This document shows, piece after piece, positions 1 through 7,949 of a DNA stretch of 64,000 nt. Positions within the stretch are counted from its first letter, which is position 1, and every line of letters starts with the position of its first letter. Source of the DNA: Nautiliales bacterium (GTDB taxonomy: Bacteria; Campylobacterota; Campylobacteria; Campylobacterales; JAADDX01); contig JAUUDM010000012.1 in the NCBI GenBank assembly GCA_030826765.1, positions 8,664 to 72,663 of the forward strand, read 5' to 3'. The position numbers and the translations under genes were made by a program. The notes beneath the pieces are model-generated. The model searched no databases and was not told the origin of the DNA. It worked only from the letters and a program-made list of their open reading frames with translations.

Positions 1-2
1 TT

Positions 3-179
3 GATATTCAAAAAGATGCTCGTGAGATTTTAGATAAAGCAATACTTAATTTTAACTTATCAAAAAGAAGTGAGTTTAAAATATTAAAAGTTGCTCAAAC
101 TATCGCTGATTTAGAAAATTATGATAAAATAAATAAAAAAGCTATTTTAGAAGCTTTAAATTACAGAAAAAGGACTTAA
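3..179 (+). CDS. comM: ComM/YifB-family Mg-chelatase-like ATPase, C-terminal end only (gene begins upstream of window)
   Basis: Frame 3 is open from the window edge to TAA 177-179. The tail ...LSKRSEFKILKVAQTIADLENYDKINKKAILEALNYRKRT matches the conserved C-terminal helix (LKVArTIADL...LeAl.yR) of YifB/ComM proteins. Confidence 0.7.
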   Translation, partial: DIQKDAREILDKAILNFNLSKRSEFKILKVAQTIADLENYDKINKKAILEALNYRKRT

Positions 180-563
180 ATGAAATATGGTGAAAAAGAG
201 ATAAAAGAATTTAGTGTAGAAAATATGGAAATTTGGCCAAACAAACATAAAAAAGATTATTTAATAAAAATAACTTTACCTGAATTTATGGCAAAATGCC
301 CAAGAAGTGGCTATCCAGATTTTGCTACAATTTATATTGAATACATTCCAGATGAATTTGTAGTAGAATTAAAAGCACTTAAATTATATATAAATAGTTT
401 TATGTATAGATACATCTCTCACGAAGATAGTGCTAATGAAATTTATGACACAATTTATAATAAAATTAAGCCTAAAAAATTAAAAGTTACAGCAGATTTT
501 AATCCAAGAGGAAATGTTCACACTGTTATTGAAATTGATAGTGAAAAAATGGAAAAAAATTGA
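180..563 (+). CDS. queF: NADPH-dependent 7-cyano-7-deazaguanine (preQ0) reductase, unimodular type
   Basis: 127-aa ORF with the catalytic Cys context AKCPRSGYPDF and the QueF motif E(S/L)K(S/A)hK(L/Y)(Y/F/W), seen as VELKALKLYI. Its ATG abuts the preceding stop. Confidence 0.9.
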   Translation: MKYGEKEIKEFSVENMEIWPNKHKKDYLIKITLPEFMAKCPRSGYPDFATIYIEYIPDEFVVELKALKLYINSFMYRYISHEDSANEIYDTIYNKIKPKKLKVTADFNPRGNVHTVIEIDSEKMEKN

Positions 564-589
564 TATAATTTTAAAAAAAGGTTTAACAT

Positions 590-3274
590 ATGAAAAGAAT
601 TTTAGTTATTTTAATCTTATTTGCAAATTTTTTATTTGCAATAGATCAAACAGGTGTAATTGAAGCTGTAAAAAGTAATCCAGCACTTTTAGATACTCCC
701 CAAGCTCAACAAATGTTAAAAGAAAAAGGAATATCAAAAGAACAAGTATTAGAAAAAGTCAATAATTCTAATAAAACTGGAAATAGTGAAATACAAACTC
801 AAAATGATATAAAAAATAATATAGATGAGAAATCAATAGACAATACAAAAAGCAAAAATAATATTGAAGCAATAAAACAAAACAATACTATTATAAATAA
901 ACCTCTTGCTTTTACATCAGAGAAAAACCTTATAAAACTTATTCAATCAAAACGACAAATAAGTAAAACAAAATCTCTTAAAAGATTTGGAGAAAAGTTT
1001 TTCTATAACAAAAACAGCTTAAATAATCAAATTTTATCAGTTCCAGAGTATTATCAAATCAATGTTGGAGATAAAATAATAGTTCAAATTTTTGGTGGAA
1101 ATGACAAAACTTTAAACCTTAGGGTAGATAATAATGGGAATATTTCTTTACCAGTTATGGGACCTATTAATGTAGCAGGTTTAACTGTATCAGAAGTTAA
1201 AGATTTAATTCAAAAAAAATTACAACCAACATATACAAATTCAAAAATAGTTACAAATATAAAAATAAATTCTTTTATTCAAGTAGTTCTTACTGGATAT
1301 GTAAAAGCACCTGGAATTTATAATTTAACTTCTTTATCAACAGTAAAAGATTTATTAATAGCTGCTAATGGTTTTGGTAAACTTGGTAGTATGAGAGAAG
1401 TTTATTTAAAAAGAGATGGAAAAGTTTTAAAAATTATAGATTTTTATAAGTTAATAAAAGATGGAAAATTAGTTGATACTACACTTTTAAGAAATGGAGA
1501 TATTATATATGTTCCAAAAGCGAAAACATTAGTTAATTTGAGTGGAGCTGTTTCTACTCCTGCTATTTATGAAATGAAAAAAGATGAAACTTTAAAAGAT
1601 TTAATAACTATTAGTGGTGGGCTTTTACCAAATGCAAGTGATAAATCAATTAAAATTACAAGATTTATAAATAATTCTTATGTAAAAGTAGTTTTCAAAA
1701 ATTCAAATGATAAATTTGAATTTAAAAACGGAGATAAAATTTATATTTATAAAATAAGTGAATTAAATCAAAATTATGTAAAAGTTTATGGAAATATTGA
1801 AAAGCCAGGAACTTATGAATTACCAAAAGATAAAAAACTTTCTAGTTTACTAAAAAAACTTTCATATTTAAAAGATACTTATTATGAATATGGAACAATT
1901 ACAACATTTGATAATAAAATATTCTCTTTTTCTCTTAAAAATCCAGGAAATATAACTCTACATAAAAAAGATGAAATCTTTATTTTTAATAAATATGAAG
2001 CGTTACCATTAGAAAATGTTGAAGTAAATGGAACCGCAGTAAGAACACCTGGAAAATATAGATGGTATAAAGGAACTACATTAAAAGATGTTATAAATAG
2101 TGCCGGAATTTTAGAAACTGCTAATTTAAAAAAAGTTCAAATTATAACTTATGATAAAAACTTTAGACCTCATTTGAAATATATTGATTACACAAAAAAT
2201 CCTAATCATAAATTAAATCCTTTTGATAAAATAACTATATTTGATCATTATAATTTTGAACCTTTAAAACCTATTACTGTTTTAGGAGCAGTTAATAAAC
2301 CAGATTTTTATATTTATTCTAAAGGAATGAGTTTAAAAGATGCTTTAACTATGGCTGGATGGCTTCAAGATAAAGCTGATAAAAACTATATAGAATTAGT
2401 AAGATATAAAATAGTAAATGATCAAAGAATAAGAGAGATAAAAAAGCTTTCTCTAAAAGATTTAGATTTTAAAATTGAACCTTATGATGAAATAACAGTA
2501 AAAACCATTCCAAATTGGAATGAAAGAAAAACAGTAACTATAAAAGGAGAAGTTAAATATCCTGGAATTTATGTAATTCAAACAGGTGATAAATTGGCAG
2601 ATATAATCAAAAGAGCTGGTGGATTTACAAAAAATTCTTATCTTTATGGAAGTGTATTTACAAGAGAAAGTGTTAGAAAAATGCAAGAAAAAAGATTAAA
2701 TCAAATGATTTATAAACTTAAGAAAAAAGTAGCTATTCTTTCTGCAAGTGCCAAAGGAGCGGGAGAAAGTAGTATAGATGCTAAAAATTTAATAGATGCA
2801 ATAGATTCTGTAGCACTTCAAGCTAAACATCTTAAACCAATTGGGAGAATAGCAATTAAAATAGATAATAATTTAACTAAATTTACAAATTCTTCTTATA
2901 ATATATTGCTTAAAAATAATGATAGTTTATATATTCCTTCACGAAAAGATAGTGTTATTGTGATGGGAGAAGTATTAACACCTACAGCATTTGTTTACAC
3001 AAACGATAATGCACTTAAATATATAAAAAATGCAGGTGGAAGAGATGATTTAGCTGATGATGTTTATTTTGTTGTGCATGCAAATGGATTTACTGAAAAA
3101 GGGAAATTTGGTAGTTGGTTTGATACTAACATCAAAGTAAAGCCAGGAGATGCTATTACAATTCCTATTCAAATCAAAACATCTACTTGGTATGGTATTG
3201 CTAAAGACATGACATCTATACTTTATAAACTTGCAATTACAGCAGCAAGTTTAAAAACAGTAGGAGCATTTTAA
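590..3274 (+). CDS. Outer-membrane polysaccharide export (OPX, Wza-like) protein with multiple SLBB repeats
   Basis: 894 aa with a signal peptide (MKRILVILILFANFLFA). A Poly_export-like block (YQINVGDKIIVQIFGG...LRVDNNGNISLPVMGPINVAGLTVSEVKDLIQKKL) is followed by repeated SLBB-like units (V.V.G.V..PG.Y....). It ends in an amphipathic C-terminal helix (WYGIAKDMTSILYKLAITAASLKTV), as in Wza. Confidence 0.8.
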   Translation: MKRILVILILFANFLFAIDQTGVIEAVKSNPALLDTPQAQQMLKEKGISKEQVLEKVNNSNKTGNSEIQTQNDIKNNIDEKSIDNTKSKNNIEAIKQNNTIINKPLAFTSEKNLIKLIQSKRQISKTKSLKRFGEKFFYNKNSLNNQILSVPEYYQINVGDKIIVQIFGGNDKTLNLRVDNNGNISLPVMGPINVAGLTVSEVKDLIQKKLQPTYTNSKIVTNIKINSFIQVVLTGYVKAPGIYNLTSLSTVKDLLIAANGFGKLGSMREVYLKRDGKVLKIIDFYKLIKDGKLVDTTLLRNGDIIYVPKAKTLVNLSGAVSTPAIYEMKKDETLKDLITISGGLLPNASDKSIKITRFINNSYVKVVFKNSNDKFEFKNGDKIYIYKISELNQNYVKVYGNIEKPGTYELPKDKKLSSLLKKLSYLKDTYYEYGTITTFDNKIFSFSLKNPGNITLHKKDEIFIFNKYEALPLENVEVNGTAVRTPGKYRWYKGTTLKDVINSAGILETANLKKVQIITYDKNFRPHLKYIDYTKNPNHKLNPFDKITIFDHYNFEPLKPITVLGAVNKPDFYIYSKGMSLKDALTMAGWLQDKADKNYIELVRYKIVNDQRIREIKKLSLKDLDFKIEPYDEITVKTIPNWNERKTVTIKGEVKYPGIYVIQTGDKLADIIKRAGGFTKNSYLYGSVFTRESVRKMQEKRLNQMIYKLKKKVAILSASAKGAGESSIDAKNLIDAIDSVALQAKHLKPIGRIAIKIDNNLTKFTNSSYNILLKNNDSLYIPSRKDSVIVMGEVLTPTAFVYTNDNALKYIKNAGGRDDLADDVYFVVHANGFTEKGKFGSWFDTNIKVKPGDAITIPIQIKTSTWYGIAKDMTSILYKLAITAASLKTVGAF

Positions 3275-4215
3275 TGGATAATAATGTAAATCAACCTGTA
3301 TGTGTAGATGAAGATGAAATTGATTTAAGAGAGCTTTTTGCAACTATTTGGAAACATAAAATTTTTATAGCTATATTTGTATTTATTGTAACAAGTTTAA
3401 CTGTTATTTATGCTCTATCAAAACCAAATGAATATAAAATATCCACAATTTTAGCTCCACAAGAAGCATCGAAAAGTGCAAGTCTTGGTGGACTTGCATC
3501 ACTTGCTGGAATGGCAGGAATAAATATTGGTGGAAGTAGTGGAGTTACTCCTGATATTGCTTTTCAAGAATTACTTAAAAATTATACTTTTATGAAAGAA
3601 TTTATCATTAAAAGAAAAATTGATAAAAAATTATTAGATAGTAATCTGAAAAAAGATTATATATTTGCTTTAAATTATGATGGAATTTATAAATTTTTAC
3701 ATTCTGACAAAAAATCTAAAACTAAATCTAAAAAAATAGATTTTTATTTAAATATATACAAACCTTTAGTCGATAATTTAGATATATCAACAGATAAAAA
3801 AACTGGTCTAATCACTATAGATTTTACTCATTCAAGTAGAAAATTTGCTTATTATGTTCTAACATCATTTTTGGAAGATGGCACTAAATTTTTAGTAAAT
3901 AAAAATCTTGAAGATATAAATTCTCAAATAGAAAAATATCAAAAAGAACTTGCAAAAACTAACAATATTGAATTGAAAGCTGAACTTGCAAAACTTATAA
4001 CTTCACTCATCAAACAAAAAGTATATATAAATTCAAGTAAATATTATAAAGTAAAAGTAGTAACTGCTCCATATATTCCAGATGTAAAAGATAAAGCAAA
4101 ACCAAAAAGAGGACTTATTATTATAGTTGCATTTATAACTTCATTTATTTTAGCTATTTTCTTAGTATTTTTTATTGAATTTATTAAAGGAACTAAAGAA
4201 GAAGACAAAAAATAA
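3274..4215 (+). CDS. Wzz-type polysaccharide chain-length determinant / co-polymerase (PCP) without kinase domain
   Basis: 313 aa with the Wzz N-terminal signature DEIDLRELFATIWKHKIFIAIFVFIVTSLTVIYALSKPNEY. It has two terminal TM helices flanking a coiled-coil periplasmic region. Its ATG overlaps the OPX stop (TAATG). Confidence 0.75.
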   Translation: MDNNVNQPVCVDEDEIDLRELFATIWKHKIFIAIFVFIVTSLTVIYALSKPNEYKISTILAPQEASKSASLGGLASLAGMAGINIGGSSGVTPDIAFQELLKNYTFMKEFIIKRKIDKKLLDSNLKKDYIFALNYDGIYKFLHSDKKSKTKSKKIDFYLNIYKPLVDNLDISTDKKTGLITIDFTHSSRKFAYYVLTSFLEDGTKFLVNKNLEDINSQIEKYQKELAKTNNIELKAELAKLITSLIKQKVYINSSKYYKVKVVTAPYIPDVKDKAKPKRGLIIIVAFITSFILAIFLVFFIEFIKGTKEEDKK

Positions 4216-4237
4216 GCATAACCTATTTTAGGTTTTG

Positions 4238-5566
4238 CTAAATTTCTCTTTTATATTCACTAAATTTTAATTTCCAAACTTTTATACCACAAAATCTATC
4301 GCCTTCTGGGCAATATGGTCTGATACCTTCTTTGTATCTAACTGCGCAAGGTGGTAAAAAGTTATCTGTATTTACTCCATTTTCTTCTAATTGTTTAATT
4401 TGTTCATACACAATATCGAAAATTTCTTGTTGTGCGTTATAACATAATCGCATCTGAGCTTTGTGTGTAAATTCATTAAAATCATCTTTTTCTAAAATTT
4501 CAATATTATGTGAATTAGTAAGTGCATAAATAGCCTCACCAAAACCTATATTTTTACTCTCTTCTTCAAAAAATTCATAACTATAATTTATAGCTTTTCT
4601 ATATTCATCCAATAAATTATCTTTTATAATAGGAGGAATATAAAAATCTCTTTTATAAATATCTTTAACAGCCGGACGAATAGCTGGACTTCTTCTATGT
4701 CTTTGATTTTGTGCATCAGCGGAAAAAGATAGTTTTATGTATGAATTAAATCCACCAAGTAAACTTTCATCTAAAAATAGATTTGATTCTCTTAAAACTC
4801 CTGCATAATTTTCATTCATTTCAAATTCATGATTAACAATATCAAAGACTTTTACATTTTTATCACTTCTATATTTATCCATATTAATTTTTGGAAAAAC
4901 TGCTTTTTGATTTTTTGCAAATTCAATTAACGGTTTTAAATTTGAATCGATTCTAAGCATTTCACTTTCAAGTTTATTTGCAAACTCTTTTGCTTCTATC
5001 TGGCTTTCTGGCAAAAAATTAACTGCATTTAAATATCTTAAGGCAGTTACTACATTTATAGTATGATAAAGATGTGCTTTCATTCCAACTGGAAGTAAAT
5101 ATCTTGCCATCTCTTGTGCTTTTTTCTTAGTATTATGTTGTTGAAATTTTGGAAGTTTAGCTTTCATAATTGGCTCTAACTTTTCACAAAACAGTTCATA
5201 ATATTCAAACATTTTATTATAATAATTATTCCATTTTTCAGCATCTGCAGTTTTTGGAATATAAAAATTTTCTATTCTCATTTTTGCATATCTTTGTGAA
5301 ACTTGTTCACTATTATAAAACATATGAGAATGAAGAAGTCGCCAAATAAGATGCCTACTCATACCTTCAATTAAAATAGTAAAATGATAGTGTTGAAGTG
5401 TTGTATGATGCCCTGCTTTAAAAATAGAATTTAATAATTCATCTTTTTTATCCCAATTTTGAGCCATTTCAGGAGTTACAATATTTTTACCAAAATAACA
5501 ACTTCTTGCACTTCCTACTGCAATATCAGTTGGTTTATAATTTAAATCTAAAATTTTTATATTCAT
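4238..5566 (-). CDS. FAD-dependent thymidylate synthase (ThyX)-family protein, atypically long (442 aa), apparently two tandem ThyX-like repeats
   Basis: ThyX hallmarks are GSARSCY, GHHTTLQHYHFTILIEGMSRH...SEQVSQRY, ARYLLP and a second unit with QRHRRS...FYIPP...RLCYNAQQEI. SD AAAAGG lies upstream of the ATG. See findings. Confidence 0.6.
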   Translation of the reverse strand: MNIKILDLNYKPTDIAVGSARSCYFGKNIVTPEMAQNWDKKDELLNSIFKAGHHTTLQHYHFTILIEGMSRHLIWRLLHSHMFYNSEQVSQRYAKMRIENFYIPKTADAEKWNNYYNKMFEYYELFCEKLEPIMKAKLPKFQQHNTKKKAQEMARYLLPVGMKAHLYHTINVVTALRYLNAVNFLPESQIEAKEFANKLESEMLRIDSNLKPLIEFAKNQKAVFPKINMDKYRSDKNVKVFDIVNHEFEMNENYAGVLRESNLFLDESLLGGFNSYIKLSFSADAQNQRHRRSPAIRPAVKDIYKRDFYIPPIIKDNLLDEYRKAINYSYEFFEEESKNIGFGEAIYALTNSHNIEILEKDDFNEFTHKAQMRLCYNAQQEIFDIVYEQIKQLEENGVNTDNFLPPCAVRYKEGIRPYCPEGDRFCGIKVWKLKFSEYKREI

Positions 5567-5623
5567 CTTTTACCTTTTTAATACAAAATTACTCTTAATT
5601 CATTTACAATTCATTTTTATTCA

Positions 5624-5701
5624 TTATAATTCTACTGCCCGAATGAAAGATAGTTTTTTCATACTACGACTCCTTTTGAATAAAAAAATTATTTTTTTCA
5701 T
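5624..5701 (-). other. Candidate mini-ORF (25 aa, MKKIIFLFKRSRSMKKLSFIRAVEL) with nested in-frame 12-aa ORF starting at 5662; coding status unproven
   Basis: Two SD-ATG units were read directly on the minus strand: GGAG (rc 5708-5711) + 6 nt + ATG 5701, and GGAG (rc 5670-5673) + 7 nt + ATG 5662. They share the stop TAA (rc 5624-5626). Confidence 0.25.
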
Positions 5702-5834
5702 ACGACACTCCTTTTTACCCCTTATGGGGACATATAAAACAACACAATTATATATATTTTTATTATATCATATATATAATTTTATCAATAAAAAAATTAA
5801 GATTTCATTCCTAATTCATTTTTATTGATTATAC

Positions 5835-5870
5835 TTACATTGAAGCAACTGATGAAGATAACTTTTTCAT
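5835..5870 (-). other. Candidate mini-ORF (11 aa, MKKLSSSVASM), diverged copy of the 5624-5673 module; coding status unproven
   Basis: AAAAAAGGAGTC-ATG on the minus strand, though the SD-ATG spacing is only 2 nt. The downstream 32-nt block is near-identical to the one following the other mini-ORF. Confidence 0.15.
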
Positions 5871-5909
5871 GACTCCTTTTTTAATAAAAATTTTTTCTTC
5901 ATCTTTTCT

Positions 5910-6377
5910 TTATATTCTTTGTGAATGACAAATTGCTATAGCCATAGCATCTGTAATATCAAGTGGCTTAATTTCACCTCTTATTCCTAAAATTCGTTTT
6001 ACCATAAATGCTACTGCTTCTTTACTTGCTTTTCCATTACCTGTAACAGCTTTTTTTACCTGCAATGGTGTATATTCACTAAAATTACCATGTTTTTGAA
6101 TAACTCTAAGACTTAATGCACCACGAAATTGAGCTAACTTTAGGACAGTTTTTGGATTATGTGCAAAAAACATATCTTCTATCGCAACTTCATCAATATC
6201 ATTATTTAAAATAGTATCAAGACCTTCAATCAATTCTGCAATTTGATATTGCAAAACTTTTTCTTTTATTTTTATAACACCGGCATCAATTAATTTTACT
6301 CTGTTTTTCTCTTTTTCAATTATTGCATATCCACATCTAATACTTCCTGGATCTATTCCTAGTATTTTTATATTCAC
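5910..6377 (-). CDS. ruvC: Crossover junction endodeoxyribonuclease RuvC
   Basis: 155 aa; the N-terminus [20 protein letters not shown] is typical of RuvC. The start is GTG (rc 6375-6377). The gene sits directly upstream of and divergent from dnaA, as in other Campylobacterota. Confidence 0.9.
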   Translation of the reverse strand: MNIKILGIDPGSIRCGYAIIEKEKNRVKLIDAGVIKIKEKVLQYQIAELIEGLDTILNNDIDEVAIEDMFFAHNPKTVLKLAQFRGALSLRVIQKHGNFSEYTPLQVKKAVTGNGKASKEAVAFMVKRILGIRGEIKPLDITDAMAIAICHSQRI

Positions 6378-6447
6378 TCCTTTTTCACTAAGTTTTCACA
6401 CTATTTTCACATTTAATTCACTAAAAACTTATTTGATTTTATCCATA
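6373..6447. promoter_or_regulatory. Putative oriC sub-region 1: phased DnaA-box (TTCAC core) array plus TTATCCATA box
   Basis: TTCAC starts at 6373, 6384, 6395, 6406 and 6417, an exact 11-bp period in one orientation. TTATCCATA lies at 6439-6447, one mismatch from TTATCCACA. Confidence 0.6.
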
Positions 6448-6451
6448 TTTT

Positions 6452-6460
6452 TGGTATAAT
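6452..6460 (+). promoter_or_regulatory. Extended -10 promoter element for dnaA (TGgTATAAT)
   Basis: TG at 6452-6453 and TATAAT at 6455-6460. This places the TSS near 6467 and argues against the TTG 6471 start. Confidence 0.5.
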
Positions 6461-6512
6461 AAAGCATTATTTGGTGATATTTTCACCTTTATCACATATA
6501 AAAGGTAAAACA

Positions 6513-7817
6513 TTGATTTTTGATAAAATAAAATTTTCACTTAAAAAAAGTGAAGATTCTGATATTTATAACAAATACATAAAAAATCTTAAATTGGATG
6601 AAAAAAATTCAACTTCAAATCATCTAATTATAGAAACTCCCAATATTTATATTGCTACATATGTAAAAAGATACTATACTCAAAAATTCATAAATATTTA
6701 TCAAAAATTAACTGAAATAATACCAGAAATTGAATTTATTACCAATCAAAACAGAACTGTTAAAAACTCTTTTGAAGAATCAATTCAAAAAGAGATATCA
6801 AAATCAATAGCCACACTAATACCAGAATTCACATTTGAAACATTTGTCACAGGTCCAAGCAACCTGTTTGCTTGTAATACTGCAAAAGCAATAGCTAAAT
6901 CGCCCGGAACTCTTTATAATCCAATGTTTATATATGGAGGAGTAGGACTTGGTAAAACTCATTTACTTCACGCAATAGGAAACAAACTTAAAAGTTCTCT
7001 TAAAGTAACTTATGTTACAAGTGAGCAATTTATGAATGATTTCACATATAATGTGAGAAACAAAACAATGGATAACTTTCACAAAAAATACCGTGAATGC
7101 GACCTACTTATAATAGATGATATTCAATTTTTTGAAGGAAGAGAAAAGACACAAGAGGAGTTTTTTCACACATTTAATGAATTAATTGCCAATAAAAAAC
7201 AGATTTGTGTAACAGCTGATAGACATCCTAAAAATATTTTAGGTATAGATAAAAGATTATCTTCAAGGTTTGAACAAGGACTCATCACAGAAATTCAACC
7301 TCCAGAACTTGAAACAAAAATAGCCATCATTCGAAAAAAATGTGAATTAAATAATATAAACCTTCCAGAAGATGTAATTACATTTATAGCAACAACACTT
7401 AATAATAATATTCGTGAAATCGAGGGAATGATAACACAAACTTATGCAATGGCCAATGTTTTAGGTGAAGAAATCAGTTTAGATTTTACAAAAGAGATAT
7501 TTAAAGACCAAATTGAAAATAAAGAAATAGATTTAGATATAATATTAACACTAATTTCAAAAGAATTTAATTTAAAACCAAGTGAAGTAACAACAAAAAG
7601 TAGAAAACCGGCAATTGTACTTGCCAAAAGAACAGGTATCTATTTAGCAAGAGAATTAACTAAAAAATCAACAACAAACATTGCTAAATTTTTTGGATTA
7701 AAAGATCACAGTGCAGTTAGTCACGCAATTAAAGCTTTTAATAAAAAAATTAAAGAAGATAAAGATTTTAAACTGAAAATAGATGAATTAACTAATAAAT
7801 TAAAGAGTTCATCGTGA
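6513..7817 (+). CDS. dnaA: Chromosomal replication initiator protein DnaA
   Basis: It has Walker A GGVGLGKTHLLHAIG, box VII and a C-terminal HTH (KDHSAVSHAIKAF). The ORF track starts at TTG 6471. I prefer TTG 6513 (SD AAAGG 6501-6505, 7-nt spacing, downstream of the -10), but the start remains uncertain. Confidence 0.9.
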   Translation: MIFDKIKFSLKKSEDSDIYNKYIKNLKLDEKNSTSNHLIIETPNIYIATYVKRYYTQKFINIYQKLTEIIPEIEFITNQNRTVKNSFEESIQKEISKSIATLIPEFTFETFVTGPSNLFACNTAKAIAKSPGTLYNPMFIYGGVGLGKTHLLHAIGNKLKSSLKVTYVTSEQFMNDFTYNVRNKTMDNFHKKYRECDLLIIDDIQFFEGREKTQEEFFHTFNELIANKKQICVTADRHPKNILGIDKRLSSRFEQGLITEIQPPELETKIAIIRKKCELNNINLPEDVITFIATTLNNNIREIEGMITQTYAMANVLGEEISLDFTKEIFKDQIENKEIDLDIILTLISKEFNLKPSEVTTKSRKPAIVLAKRTGIYLARELTKKSTTNIAKFFGLKDHSAVSHAIKAFNKKIKEDKDFKLKIDELTNKLKSSS

Positions 7818-7949
7818 ATAATGTGAATATGTTTTCACTAAATATTAACGACTTTAAAATCCTTAAAATAGGGGTTTTAAATGGTTTTTCACTTATTCAC
7901 ACAGCCTATTACTATTACTATAAAATATATAAATATAAAGGGGAATAAA
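7814..7949. promoter_or_regulatory. Putative oriC sub-region 2: DnaA-box cluster plus AT-rich candidate unwinding element in the dnaA-dnaN spacer
   Basis: GTGAA lies at 7814-7818 and 7823-7827; TTCAC lies at 7834-7838, 7888-7892 and 7896-7900 (TTATTCACA). A nearly pure A/T tract with TATTAC repeats follows at 7906-7940. Confidence 0.5.

Noticed and set aside
5643-5828. 61-aa plus-strand ORF (MKDSFFILRLLLNKK...) in the ruvC/thyX-like spacer
   Set aside because: It has low-complexity F/I/L/K/Y composition, as expected from translating AT-rich non-coding DNA, and no SD. It runs antisense across the SD-ATG modules and the hairpin, so it is most simply a chance ORF.
7881-7949. N-terminal extensions in the ORF track for dnaN (7881), dnaA (6471), rpsJ (39465), rpmC (43769), rpsN (45371), rplO (47407), galE (31832), nfu (16328) and flgD (23329)
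   Set aside because: The extensions lack SD sequences and overlap promoters, origin elements or the preceding gene. They also add residues absent from the conserved family N-termini. Internal starts with proper SD spacing were preferred, though the exact starts remain unverified.
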